This document shows positions 1-6,898 of a stretch of DNA of 59,887 bases, in pieces. Below the pieces are notes generated by a model that was given only the letters and a program-made list of their open reading frames with translations, did not search any database and was not told where the DNA came from. The DNA lies in IMG/VR virus record IMGVR_UViG_3300019884_000065; one strand, written 5' to 3'. Origin of the DNA: a virus. The position numbers and the translations under genes were made by a program. Every line of letters starts with the position of its first letter. The stretch's first letter is position 1.

Positions 1-127
1 GCTGCCGCTGCCGGCCTGGCGAAGCTCACGCCGTTGTTGCGCGCCCAGACGCCTGCCTGTGTCACGGCCGTGCCTTCACTGATGCCGGAGGCCACGAGTG
101 CGTCGATGCACTCTTTGCGACTCATCA
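1..127. repeat. Terminal direct repeat, copy A (identical to 59761-59887); indicates a closed circle or terminal redundancy, unique length 59,760 bp
   Basis: Read directly: the first 127 bases (gctgccgctgccggcctggcg...ctttgcgactcatca) recur exactly as the last 127 bases. Confidence 0.95.
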
Positions 128-590
128 AGCCCTTGCGAATCTTGTCGAACTTTGAGTCCAGGTACTTGTGAACCTTGGCCACCGGGCCTTCAGGCTTTCG
201 GAATCCCTCGTCTTTGCTAGTTGTCATGATGTTCTCCTGTTGCGATGCCGAATCGTCAGCCTCGCCTTCAGTGGCTGGCTGGCTGCCACGGATGATCGCA
301 GTGAGTACCCGTAGCGCCGAGGGCGCAATCGGCATCATCTTGCGCGCCTCTGTTTTCATGTAGCTTGTGGCGAACTCAACTGGCGTGTACTCGAGGTCAA
401 CGCCGGCGACCTTCTTGAGTGGGGTATGGAAGAACTCGCGTTCGAACTTCTCGTTGTCGGCGACGCAGACAGCCAGCTGAGGGCCGTCGATTCCGACGTA
501 ATAGGTCTGCTTGGGACCGCGCTTGAAGACGCACACGATGTTGCGCTGGCGGTTGGACCGGATGGTCATCTCGTTCATTTCTGTAGTCAT
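1..590 (-). CDS. Hypothetical protein, 5' part of a junction-spanning gene (about 215 aa on the circle; continues 59760->59703)
   Basis: The reverse frame from ATG at 590-588 has no stop down to base 1 (checked codon by codon). It is the same frame as track ORF 59703..59885. It is absent from the track because it runs off the window edge. CAGAAAG leader at 600-606 and TATAAT at 619-624 lie upstream. An in-frame internal AGGAG-ATG sits at 227. Confidence 0.7.
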   Translation of the reverse strand, partial: MTTEMNEMTIRSNRQRNIVCVFKRGPKQTYYVGIDGPQLAVCVADNEKFEREFFHTPLKKVAGVDLEYTPVEFATSYMKTEARKMMPIAPSALRVLTAIIRGSQPATEGEADDSASQQENIMTTSKDEGFRKPEGPVAKVHKYLDSKFDKIRKGLMSRKECIDALVASGISEGTAVTQAGVWARNNGVSFARPAAA

Positions 591-618
591 GGTGACTGCC
601 TTTCTGTGGTGAGCTTCA

Positions 619-624
619 ATTATA
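619..624 (-). promoter_or_regulatory. -10-like box (TATAAT on minus strand) upstream of gene 1..590
   Basis: Reverse complement reads CCCCTATAATTGAAG, 12 nt upstream of the CAGAAAG leader. Confidence 0.4.
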
Positions 625-639
625 GGGGCAAACTGCCCC
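625..639 (-). other. Short GC hairpin (GGGGCA-N3-TGCCCC) between gene 655..921 and the next promoter
   Basis: ggggcaaactgcccc has 6-bp arms and lies just downstream of the stop at 655. No U-tract follows, so terminator function is uncertain. Confidence 0.3.
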
Positions 640-654
640 CATCCAAATGAATTT

Positions 655-921
655 TTATACCGCCACAATGCGGTGAGCGTATTCGCGACGAGCCAGGAGG
701 TGAGGCACAGCGACCTGGCAACCCCTCCTGAAAGTTACTGCCTCGCCGCCGAATACGTGGCGGGTGACTTCGATGATATAGGCATCGTAGCCATGTTCAC
801 GGTTGCAGGTTTCAATGACCTTGCCTTCGTGGTAGCAGTCGTCACGACCTGCCATCGGTTGGAACTCGTAAGCGCGGACGGTGTCGCCGGTGTTGAAGCG
901 ATTGACGTGGGAGAGAACCAT
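655..921 (-). CDS. Hypothetical protein (88 aa)
   Basis: Track ORF. The ATG is preceded by CAGAAAGGCAAATC and by TATAAT at 948-953. Confidence 0.6.
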   Translation of the reverse strand: MVLSHVNRFNTGDTVRAYEFQPMAGRDDCYHEGKVIETCNREHGYDAYIIEVTRHVFGGEAVTFRRGCQVAVPHLLARREYAHRIVAV

Positions 922-947
922 GATTTGCCTTTCTGTGTTGATGAGTG

Positions 948-953
948 ATTATA
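948..953 (-). promoter_or_regulatory. -10-like box (GGTGTATAATCACTCATC)
   Basis: The reverse complement contains TATAAT 12 nt upstream of the CAGAAAG leader of 655..921. It shares the ...CTCATC tail with the boxes at 4928 and 5828. Confidence 0.45.
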
Positions 954-1062
954 CACCGGAATGAACGACCGCCTCGGATTTCTTTGGGATGTGAAGGCAG
1001 ACAGCGACCAGGGCGGTGACGGCCAGGGAGGCCAGGGCGATGTTGACGAGAATTTCTAGCAT
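949..1062 (-). CDS. Small hydrophobic protein (37 aa, one predicted TM helix)
   Basis: Below the track cutoff. Hand translation gives MLEILVNIALASLAVTALVAVCLHIPKKSEAVVHSGV. It has the same CAGAAAG-N7-ATG leader (1069-1075) and TGCTATAAT upstream. Confidence 0.5.
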   Translation of the reverse strand: MLEILVNIALASLAVTALVAVCLHIPKKSEAVVHSGV

Positions 1063-1087
1063 GGTTGGCTTTCTGTTGAGGTGCCCC

Positions 1088-1096
1088 ATTATAGCA
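1088..1096 (-). promoter_or_regulatory. Extended -10-like box (TGCTATAAT)
   Basis: The reverse complement of attatagca is TGCTATAAT, 12 nt upstream of the CAGAAAG leader of 949..1062. Confidence 0.45.
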
Positions 1097-1124
1097 CAAC
1101 CATTGCCGCCCTGTAGGTTATACC

Positions 1125-1508
1125 CTACGGTTTTGGTAGGCTATCCCCTACCGCACGCTCGGCAGCTTCAGCCTTGCGCATCTCGACGCAATACTCATCC
1201 CATGAATGCTTCGAGATCCAAATACAACGCTCCATAAGCGCTTGCATCATGGCACCAGTACAGTCACCATGCGCGGCCTCTGCCAGCACCTTCTCGAGCT
1301 CCCTGGCGTTGTCGTTGTCGGGTTCAATGAGGCCGTAGATGCCCGCGAACGTATGCGCCTTGAGGTCGCCGCCGCTCAGCTTCTTTTCCATCATCCAGTT
1401 CACGCCAGCGCTTAGCATGTCTTGGCAGACGGCTTCGTAGCCGCCACCGAACCCAGAAATCTCGCCCATGTCGGGCGTGTGCCTGTATTGGGTTGGAGTG
1501 TGCATCAT
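1125..1508 (-). CDS. Hypothetical protein (127 aa)
   Basis: Track ORF 1125..1532 trimmed to ATGATG at 1508, which follows GAAAGGA. The upstream gene stops at 1516. Confidence 0.6.
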   Translation of the reverse strand: MMHTPTQYRHTPDMGEISGFGGGYEAVCQDMLSAGVNWMMEKKLSGGDLKAHTFAGIYGLIEPDNDNARELEKVLAEAAHGDCTGAMMQALMERCIWISKHSWDEYCVEMRKAEAAERAVGDSLPKP

Positions 1509-1515
1509 AGTCCTT

Positions 1516-1713
1516 TCAGGTTGTGACAGCAAAGCGTCTGTCTAGGGCGTCGAGAACTTCATGAGCTCTACGGGTAGCGTGGCGTGCCTTGGCAGCGTTT
1601 TCAGCCGACCCGTATGGGTTGACCCCTACACACAGCCGCAGCACTCGGCGCGCCTGGCGTAGCAGTTCTTCGTCGGTATGTTCTTTGATCGTTGCTTCGG
1701 GTTCTTCGCTCAT
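1516..1713 (-). CDS. Hypothetical protein (65 aa)
   Basis: Track ORF, tightly packed in the same-strand gene array. Confidence 0.5.
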   Translation of the reverse strand: MSEEPEATIKEHTDEELLRQARRVLRLCVGVNPYGSAENAAKARHATRRAHEVLDALDRRFAVTT

Positions 1714-1721
1714 TGCTTCTC

Positions 1722-1940
1722 CTAGTCAACACCGCGGTTGCGGCGCAAGTGGGCGTATACCTCGGTCACGAGGCTGTGGAATGAATCGTTCTCGACTGAT
1801 TCACCTGGGAAGTAGATGAGTAGCGACGCCTCGACGTCTTCGTGCGTGGCATCGCGCGGTCCTACCCTATCAGCCAGGTTGCGCAACAGCATGCGCTTGT
1901 CGAGCTTCGACCAGTGCTCCCAGGGCAGGATGAAGTTCAT
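1722..1940 (-). CDS. Hypothetical protein (72 aa)
   Basis: Track ORF. Its ATG overlaps the stop of the upstream gene at 1937 by 4 nt. Confidence 0.55.
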   Translation of the reverse strand: MNFILPWEHWSKLDKRMLLRNLADRVGPRDATHEDVEASLLIYFPGESVENDSFHSLVTEVYAHLRRNRGVD

Positions 1941-2152
1941 ACTGGGATGCCAGCGCCGGTCGGGTCGCCGCTGTTGTCGCGGTACAGTTTGAAGTCGACC
2001 TCGATCGTCTCGAGGTTGTTGCCGTACATGACCTGCCAGACGTCTTCGCCCTCTTGATGCTCGGCTTCGTCGGTGTACTCTCTGATGAGCGCCTCGTCGT
2101 CGGTGAACTTGTTGAGGAGGTGCTGGCGCACGAGGTCTTTGTTTAGATTCAC
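1937..2152 (-). CDS. Hypothetical acidic protein (about 71 aa, GTG start)
   Basis: The N-terminal half of track ORF 1937..2389 is an R/P-rich shadow of 2149..2346. An in-frame GTG at 2152 forms a GTGA overlap with that gene's stop. The remaining sequence (VNLNKDLVRQHLL...) looks protein-like. Confidence 0.45.
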   Translation of the reverse strand: MNLNKDLVRQHLLNKFTDDEALIREYTDEAEHQEGEDVWQVMYGNNLETIEVDFKLYRDNSGDPTGAGIPV

Positions 2153-2346
2153 GAGGTGATTCCCCTGTTGAGATGGTTGAGGAGTTCGGCCAGGTCGATC
2201 AGGCCTTCTTCTTGGATGAGAGCGACCGTAATGATCGGCTTCCCTTGTGGGTCGAGAATTTCTCTCACAGGGTAGCCGCCGAATAGGGTGATGCTCCGGC
2301 GTTCGGAGAGGGCGTACCTCCCGGTGCCTGGCGTGGGTTTTGTCAT
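2149..2346 (-). CDS. Hypothetical protein (65 aa)
   Basis: Track ORF with ordinary composition, flanked by coupled genes. Confidence 0.55.
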   Translation of the reverse strand: MTKPTPGTGRYALSERRSITLFGGYPVREILDPQGKPIITVALIQEEGLIDLAELLNHLNRGITS

Positions 2347-2352
2347 CGTGGG

Positions 2353-2610
2353 TTAGTCGTTGTAGATTCGGAGGTAGGTGCATCCGCACTGCTGGCTGTA
2401 CTCAACGGCGACGAGGTCGTTGTCGTTGCCTTCGAAGATGTACTTCGTGCGGAGGAACGGCTGGCCGTTGCCGAATTGCGGGTCGTTGATCTGGAAGCTG
2501 CTAGGCCACGTGCCAGGGGGAAAGCCCATGCTGGAGGCTTCGCCGGTGAACTTGAAGTACGGACCTTCGGTCAGGGCGGAACGGGCGACGGTTGCGTCAA
2601 TTTGAATCAT
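2353..2610 (-). CDS. Hypothetical protein (85 aa)
   Basis: Track ORF 2353..2646 trimmed to the ATG at 2610, which follows CAGAAAGACAGAA. Confidence 0.6.
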   Translation of the reverse strand: MIQIDATVARSALTEGPYFKFTGEASSMGFPPGTWPSSFQINDPQFGNGQPFLRTKYIFEGNDNDLVAVEYSQQCGCTYLRIYND

Positions 2611-2630
2611 TTCTGTCTTTCTGTTTGAGT

Positions 2631-2644
2631 GGGGCCGAAGCCCC
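2631..2644 (-). other. cUUCGg tetraloop hairpin (GGGGC-UUCG-GCCCC in the minus-strand RNA)
   Basis: ggggccgaagcccc lies between TATAAT (2645-2650) and the CAGAAAG leader. It is either a 5'-UTR stabiliser or a weak terminator for 2656..3462. Confidence 0.35.
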
Positions 2645-2650
2645 ATTATA
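2645..2650 (-). promoter_or_regulatory. -10-like box (TATAAT)
   Basis: The reverse complement reads GGGTATAATGGGG, upstream of 2353..2610. Confidence 0.4.
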
Positions 2651-2655
2651 CCCGA

Positions 2656-3462
2656 TTACTGTGCGACGATGTCAAGTACGCGATTCGCGAAGGTCCAGAT
2701 ATTCGCATTGAAGTCGATGTCGCGGTTCACTGCGTTGATGCCGGCGACGGTGATGGTGCGACCGCCGCGGTCCTGTGCGGTGTAGCCGCCCTTCATGGCG
2801 TTCTCTTGTACGCGGTTGAAGACGCTCCAGAGGGTGTTGCTGTCGTCTTCGGCACGGCGAACCGACAGGAGGCCGTCGACGTGATCTTCACGCTTCTCGC
2901 CCCACTTCAGGAGGGTTGCGCCCGTGGCGAACTCGATGGCTTGTTGCTTGCTGAGCTCGATGGACTTCATCTTCTCGATCTTTGGCAGTGCCAGGTTGGA
3001 ATGCACTTCGCGAACGAGCTCGGTGCTATCGATGATGTGGTCCATCATCTTCGGGTCGTTGTGCAGCACGCGGATGCGGCCGTACTGTGCCGAGTTGACC
3101 ATCAGGCCATTGAGGCACGCCAGCACCTTCAGGGCAGCCATCATCTCATAGGCCGAGGTGCGATTGTGGCTGTTCGTCATGGCTAGCTCGGGCACGTAGT
3201 CGCCCACTTCGAGCTTGCCGGTCAGGTAGTCATTGTGAACGAGGCGAACGAGGTGCTTTGCGTAAGGTTTCTTCTCCGAGTTGAGGGTCTTGGATTGCGA
3301 TGCCGAAACCACTTCCCAGCCCTCGCTGCGCATCGTGTCGATGACGTCAGCGGTGCGAACGAATTGGTAGCGGTTGGATGCGCCAGGGCCGGCTTCTTCA
3401 GCGAAGACGCTGGGGGCGGTGCGGGCGATGTCGGAATTTGTGAGAGCGAGGAGCTTAGCCAT
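2656..3462 (-). CDS. DUF932-like phage/plasmid protein (268 aa)
   Basis: Trimmed to the ATG at 3462 behind CAGAAAGGCAAATC. The N-terminus (MAKLLALTNSDIARTAPSVFAEE...) and the length resemble DUF932-type proteins from memory. This could not be searched here. Confidence 0.55.
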   Translation of the reverse strand: MAKLLALTNSDIARTAPSVFAEEAGPGASNRYQFVRTADVIDTMRSEGWEVVSASQSKTLNSEKKPYAKHLVRLVHNDYLTGKLEVGDYVPELAMTNSHNRTSAYEMMAALKVLACLNGLMVNSAQYGRIRVLHNDPKMMDHIIDSTELVREVHSNLALPKIEKMKSIELSKQQAIEFATGATLLKWGEKREDHVDGLLSVRRAEDDSNTLWSVFNRVQENAMKGGYTAQDRGGRTITVAGINAVNRDIDFNANIWTFANRVLDIVAQ

Positions 3463-3482
3463 GATTTGCCTTTCTGGGGTTG

Positions 3483-3501
3483 TCGCAACAACGTGTTGCG
3501 A
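3483..3501. promoter_or_regulatory. Perfect 8-bp inverted repeat (TCGCAACA-ACG-TGTTGCGA) in the leader of 2656..3462
   Basis: Read directly. It lies between the -10-like box (3509-3514) and the CAGAAAG leader. A related element is at 5801-5821. Confidence 0.45.
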
Positions 3502-3508
3502 TGGGTGT

Positions 3509-3514
3509 ATTATG
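3509..3514 (-). promoter_or_regulatory. -10-like box (CATAAT)
   Basis: The reverse complement reads CCCCATAATACAC, upstream of 2656..3462. Confidence 0.35.
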
Positions 3515-3557
3515 GGGCAGAAAATGAGCTCCTCGGTAGAGGAACCCATCTTTAATG

Positions 3558-4379
3558 TTACGAGTTGTGACCAACAGCCCGGCGCGCGTACTCAGCCAGG
3601 CGCTCGGCGTCGTCAGCCTGGCCACCAATGGCACGGCGGGTGACGTCAATCTTCTTGCCAGCCTCACGACCATCGTGGAACGCGCTGACGTCGAACTGTG
3701 CCTTGGACTCGCGCGACTCGTACTTGAACTCGCCGAACTTCTCCGTGATGGCGTGCTGCTTTACGACCACGAGGGCGCGGCTGGCAACCTCCTGTTGCTG
3801 CTCACGGTGGCGTTCCTCGGTGATCTTCTTGATCGTGTTGAGGATGCCCGTGGCCATGCCGTTACGGTAGGAGTTCATCACCACACGACCGCCAGCGATA
3901 TAGCGCGGGTCTTTGCGGAACTGCTTGCACAGGCGGTTCACCGTCTTGACGAGGTAGTCGAACGTCCACGACGCGACCTTAACGTCCGCGGTGTAGCCGT
4001 AGAAGCGGATACAGGCTTCTTGCCCCTTGTCGGTGATGGTGTACTGGCTACGCGCGCCGCAGTCGTGCATACCAGCCACCGCCACGGCGATCCACTGCGC
4101 CCAGCCTGGCACCCGCTCGCTGGGTGTGCCGTTGTCTTTGGCGGTTGCCACGACATCAGCTGTCGTCATGTTCTCGCCGTGACCCTTGCGCACGTCGTTG
4201 GCGATCTCCTGTGCGAAGTCGACGTTGAACTTGCGCATGAGCTTCTCAGCCTGGCCAGCAGCGGCCGCGGCCTCATGCTCGTTGGCACGGTTGTCGTTGG
4301 CGATTGCCAAGAGCTTCTGGATGCGGCGGATGACCGACTCACGCTCGGTGTTGAAGTTGGAATTGGTAGACGTTGTCAT
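3558..4379 (-). CDS. DUF2786-like protein (273 aa)
   Basis: Track ORF. The N-terminal segment VIRRIQKLLAIANDNRANEHEAAAAAGQAEKLMRKF matches the DUF2786 helix pattern common in phage and plasmid early regions (from memory). Confidence 0.55.
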   Translation of the reverse strand: MTTSTNSNFNTERESVIRRIQKLLAIANDNRANEHEAAAAAGQAEKLMRKFNVDFAQEIANDVRKGHGENMTTADVVATAKDNGTPSERVPGWAQWIAVAVAGMHDCGARSQYTITDKGQEACIRFYGYTADVKVASWTFDYLVKTVNRLCKQFRKDPRYIAGGRVVMNSYRNGMATGILNTIKKITEERHREQQQEVASRALVVVKQHAITEKFGEFKYESRESKAQFDVSAFHDGREAGKKIDVTRRAIGGQADDAERLAEYARRAVGHNS

Positions 4380-4405
4380 GATGTGCTTTCTGTTTGGGAA
4401 GTTGG

Positions 4406-4411
4406 ATTATA
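4406..4411 (-). promoter_or_regulatory. -10-like box (GTGTATAATCC)
   Basis: The reverse complement contains TATAAT 13 nt upstream of the CAGAAAG leader of 3558..4379. Confidence 0.45.
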
Positions 4412-4418
4412 CACTGAA

Positions 4419-4613
4419 TCAGGTCTTGTTCGACACCGCCCATGTGAATGCGGCAACCCATCCGATGCCGGTCCAGCCGGTGAGCAGGTTGATCGAGGCA
4501 ACAGCCGCGAGATTGTTGTGCCTACGTTTCGCCGCGATGATCGTGGGCAGCAAGTAGAGCGAACCCATGATGATGAAGAAGAGGATGCCTGTGATGAGTG
4601 TTTCGACGGTCAT
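4419..4613 (-). CDS. Superinfection-immunity (Imm-like) small membrane protein (64 aa)
   Basis: Trimmed to the ATG at 4613 behind CAGAAAGCACATC. It has two hydrophobic helices. LLPTIIAAKRRHNNLAAVASINLLTGWTGIGWVAAFTWA resembles the Imm_superinfect family signature. Confidence 0.6.
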   Translation of the reverse strand: MTVETLITGILFFIIMGSLYLLPTIIAAKRRHNNLAAVASINLLTGWTGIGWVAAFTWAVSNKT

Positions 4614-4638
4614 GATGTGCTTTCTGTTGGAGAGAGGA

Positions 4639-4875
4639 TTAAGCGGTGAAGAAATCGGCGCCGGTGAACTCAATGGCAACACCGGAGGCGTGGCAGTACG
4701 ATTCCCAGCAAGCGGCGGTGATTGCCTGTGCGCGCAGTGCGTCGAAGCGGCTGGCCATGTAGGCCGAACGGAAGTTGCCCTCCAGCTTCTTGCCGCGGGC
4801 AGCGTGGATGGTGAGGGAGGAGCCAGCCTTGGCGAGCTTGGACACGAGGGCGAGGACGTTGGAGGAGGTGTTCAT
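4639..4875 (-). CDS. Hypothetical protein (78 aa)
   Basis: Track ORF. CAGAAAGTTAGAA precedes the ATG, and the TACATT box is at 4928-4933. Confidence 0.6.
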   Translation of the reverse strand: MNTSSNVLALVSKLAKAGSSLTIHAARGKKLEGNFRSAYMASRFDALRAQAITAACWESYCHASGVAIEFTGADFFTA

Positions 4876-4927
4876 TTCTAACTTTCTGTTTGGTTTGTTC
4901 GACTGACGAACTTGTCGTCGATGAGTT

Positions 4928-4933
4928 AATGTA
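4928..4933 (-). promoter_or_regulatory. -10-like box, TACATT subclass (GGGGTACATTAACTCATC)
   Basis: The 18-nt string cgatgagttaatgtaccc is identical at 4918-4935 and 5818-5835. A related copy is at 7805-7810. Confidence 0.4.
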
Positions 4934-4969
4934 CCCCAGAATGAGGCAGCTCCCGCCGCCTCGCCTGAT

Positions 4970-5185
4970 TCAATTGTTCGGAGATGTGTCTTTGACAGCC
5001 AGGTCGATGGCCAGCTTACGCTTTTCGTGCCTCAGGATAGCCTCAACTAGACCATGTTGTTTCAAGTCAGGCATGATCTGGGCGCGTGCGGCGGCGTACA
5101 GCGGCGTCAAGGCGGCGAGTGCCTCCTGGCGGCGGGCGTCTTTTGCCTTGTCGGCAATGTTCTGTTTGTATTCCTCGAAGCTCAT
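4970..5185 (-). CDS. Hypothetical protein (71 aa)
   Basis: Track ORF in the same-strand array. Confidence 0.5.
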   Translation of the reverse strand: MSFEEYKQNIADKAKDARRQEALAALTPLYAAARAQIMPDLKQHGLVEAILRHEKRKLAIDLAVKDTSPNN

Positions 5186-5198
5186 TTTCGTTTCTCAG

Positions 5199-5525
5199 TT
5201 AATGGTTGTTGACTTTGCACTCATTGGAAATGCCCTTACCGAGGTCCACAGCCTCAAATTTGATTGTGCCCTCGAACTGTGGATTCGACCGGGCGAGGTG
5301 TTCGGCCATCGACACCGCACGCTTCATCGTGGTGAGCCGTACCGACCAGAGAACAGACAGCTTGCCCTCGATCATTTTGATGCCGTAGCGCCCATTCGGG
5401 TGTGACAGCATGCAGTTCGGGCCGTAGCTGAACCAGCTATATGATTCTTCATCCCAGGCTTCGTCGGCCACGGGCTTGCCGCAGTAGCAGCAGTTCGGAC
5501 GCGGAGGTATGCTCTTGAAATACAC
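5199..5525 (-). CDS. Hypothetical protein (108 aa, GTG start)
   Basis: Track ORF. The start codon is GTG, preceded by GAGGAAGACCA. An N-terminal CCYCG motif is present. Confidence 0.55.
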   Translation of the reverse strand: MYFKSIPPRPNCCYCGKPVADEAWDEESYSWFSYGPNCMLSHPNGRYGIKMIEGKLSVLWSVRLTTMKRAVSMAEHLARSNPQFEGTIKFEAVDLGKGISNECKVNNH

Positions 5526-5564
5526 TGGTCTTCCTCGGGGGCGCGTAGCCCCCCTTCGTTTTGA

Positions 5565-5783
5565 TTAGTTCGCGACACAGAAGTGGAAATGCATGCCTGC
5601 CCGAATTGCGCGCTCGCCTAGGAACATCGGGAAGAAGCGGCCCTCGGCATTCGCCACGACGACGAACTCAATCTTCTCGTCGCGAGTTTGACGATTGACG
5701 AACGCCTTCTCGACGGCCTTGATGGCGTTGTCGCGGGTTGCGTAGGTCTTGGCTGGTGTCATTTCGAGGAGGCTGATGGTCAT
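5565..5783 (-). CDS. Hypothetical protein (72 aa)
   Basis: Track ORF 5565..5807 trimmed to the ATG at 5783 behind CAGAAAGCCAGAA. Confidence 0.6.
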   Translation of the reverse strand: MTISLLEMTPAKTYATRDNAIKAVEKAFVNRQTRDEKIEFVVVANAEGRFFPMFLGERAIRAGMHFHFCVAN

Positions 5784-5800
5784 TTCTGGCTTTCTGTTGT

Positions 5801-5821
5801 TCGCCACAACCGTTGCGGCGA
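5801..5821. promoter_or_regulatory. Inverted repeat (TCGCCACAA-CCG-TTGCGGCGA, 9 bp with 1 mismatch) in the leader of 5565..5783
   Basis: Read directly. It has the same position and the same TCGC...GCGA ends as the element at 3483-3501. Confidence 0.4.
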
Positions 5822-5827
5822 TGAGTT

Positions 5828-5833
5828 AATGTA
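5828..5833 (-). promoter_or_regulatory. -10-like box, TACATT subclass (AGGGTACATTAACTCATC)
   Basis: Near-identical copy of the 4928 element, upstream of 5565..5783. Confidence 0.4.
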
Positions 5834-5878
5834 CCCTGAATTGCCCCTGGATTTGCGCCAGGGGCAAAAGAATTTGCA

Positions 5879-6133
5879 CTAGTCGTCTGATTCCAACACG
5901 ACCTCCAGCTCGCGGGAATGACGGTTAACCCATTTGACTATGTCGGCCAGCGAAGCGTCGGGGGGAAGCAGGCCCATGAGCTCGCAGCGTACTGATTCTG
6001 TTTCCAGATTTTCGTCATCGAGGATGACTTGGTTGATGACGGCAGTGAGTTCTTCCTCGTTGCCGATGGAAGTGAGCGGGTAATAGGGATGATCAGCCTT
6101 GTCGTTGAGGAGGGAAATGACGTGCAATTTCAT
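5879..6133 (-). CDS. Hypothetical acidic protein (84 aa)
   Basis: Track ORF. CAGAAAGGTAAGTAC precedes the ATG. Confidence 0.6.
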   Translation of the reverse strand: MKLHVISLLNDKADHPYYPLTSIGNEEELTAVINQVILDDENLETESVRCELMGLLPPDASLADIVKWVNRHSRELEVVLESDD

Positions 6134-6162
6134 GTACTTACCTTTCTGGTGGGGGGATAAAA

Positions 6163-6168
6163 ATTATA
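6163..6168 (-). promoter_or_regulatory. -10-like box (GGCTATAATTTTT)
   Basis: The reverse complement contains TATAAT 14 nt upstream of the CAGAAAG leader. The inverted repeat AGTACCC-N8-GGGTACT (6176-6197) sits just upstream. Confidence 0.4.
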
Positions 6169-6211
6169 GCCGGAAAGTACCCCATGGCCAGGGTACTGTC
6201 GCGCTAAATTT

Positions 6212-6385
6212 TTACCAGCGGACGCTCGGGTCCTTGGCTGCCCACTTGGCCAGAGCTTGATACTGAGCTTCTGAAATCCAGCCACGCTCGCCGTATTGAA
6301 CGGCAATAGAGCTGAGGAACTGGCTGCGTTCGCAGTTTGCGGCGAGCCATTTTTGTTGCAGGTCGGAGAGGGTACGTTTGTTCAT
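6212..6385 (-). CDS. Hypothetical protein (57 aa)
   Basis: Below the track cutoff. Hand translation gives MNKRTLSDLQQKWLAANCERSQFLSSIAVQYGERGWISEAQYQALAKWAAKDPSVRW. Its ATG forms an ATGA overlap with the stop of 6382..6639. Confidence 0.5.
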   Translation of the reverse strand: MNKRTLSDLQQKWLAANCERSQFLSSIAVQYGERGWISEAQYQALAKWAAKDPSVRW

Positions 6386-6639
6386 GTGCTGATTATAGCA
6401 TCATTCTTGGCTGGCAAACAATCTTCACAGAGGTACTTGCGCTCTGCCTCACTGCGCGGGTCATCGCGGTGTGGCCCGCAGTTCATGGTACAGACCTTGG
6501 AGGCCGGGTCGAACTGTTTCAACACCGCGGGTTCGACCCGCTGCCACACGATGGCAGCGGGCTTCGGCTCAGGTGGCCTAGAGGGCTTGTCGCGTGACGG
6601 CTTCGGCTTGTCACGCGGTGTTGGCCGATCGGGGTTCAT
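6382..6639 (-). CDS. Hypothetical Pro/Lys-rich protein (85 aa)
   Basis: Track ORF 6382..6702 trimmed to the ATG at 6639, which forms an ATGA overlap with the upstream stop. Confidence 0.5.
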   Translation of the reverse strand: MNPDRPTPRDKPKPSRDKPSRPPEPKPAAIVWQRVEPAVLKQFDPASKVCTMNCGPHRDDPRSEAERKYLCEDCLPAKNDAIIST

Positions 6640-6842
6640 TTCCAGATGAAGACAAGGGCGACCGCGAGGATGATGGTGATGGCCGCACAGGTAAGAACCC
6701 ATGCCAGCAGGCCACCGGAAATGCCGGGCTTAGGGGGAGGTTCAATGTTGCCCAGGTAGGTCGGTCCCACCTGGCTGTTGAAAGTGGTGCCTGGCTTGTT
6801 TTCGCTGGGGTCGTAGGGTTTGTTTGCGCGGTCGATGGCCAT
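6636..6842 (-). CDS. Small membrane protein (68 aa, C-terminal TM helix)
   Basis: Track ORF trimmed to the ATG at 6842 behind CAGAAAGGCAAACAC. The C-terminus is GGLLAWVLTCAAITIILAVALVFIW. Confidence 0.6.
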   Translation of the reverse strand: MAIDRANKPYDPSENKPGTTFNSQVGPTYLGNIEPPPKPGISGGLLAWVLTCAAITIILAVALVFIWK

Positions 6843-6873
6843 GTGTTTGCCTTTCTGGTTGGAGCTCAGTAAA

Positions 6874-6891
6874 GCGGGGCCGAAGCCCCGC
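6874..6891 (-). terminator. Candidate intrinsic terminator with a cUUCGg loop (GCGGGGC-UUCG-GCCCCGC then UUUAC)
   Basis: A 7-bp GC stem lies 8 nt after the stop of 6899..7750. The U-tract is short. Confidence 0.45.
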
Positions 6892-6898
6892 GGTTGAT

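Noticed and set aside
1-127. The 127-bp end repeat as a genuine biological direct terminal repeat
   Set aside because: The repeat cuts through an open reading frame, and its length is typical of an assembler overlap. I treat it as a circularisation artefact. Physical termini remain undetermined and need read-end analysis.
842-1099. 85-aa minus-strand track ORF spanning 842..1099
   Set aside because: It is R/P/H-rich junk that overlaps gene 655..921. The 37-aa hydrophobic ORF at 949..1062, in another frame, carries the conserved leader and promoter and explains the region better.
3555-4649. Long plus-strand ORF (364 aa) opposite the DUF2786-like and Imm-like genes
   Set aside because: It is a shadow ORF of a GC-rich coding region. 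Its composition is skewed to R/A/G/V/L, it has no start context, and it overlaps well-supported minus-strand genes. The same reasoning applies to 6824..7774(+), 8532..9149(+), 19193..19867(-), 22967..23965(-), 25742..26479(-), 27956..28927(-), 32561..33382(-), 35972..36781(-), 42843..43631(+) and most other antisense track ORFs.
6383-6400. TATAAT 6 nt before the ATG at 6385, as a second leaderless gene
   Set aside because: The hexamer lies inside the coding 3' end of 6382..6639 (codons ..D A I I S T *). The ATG forms an ATGA overlap, so translational coupling is the simpler explanation.
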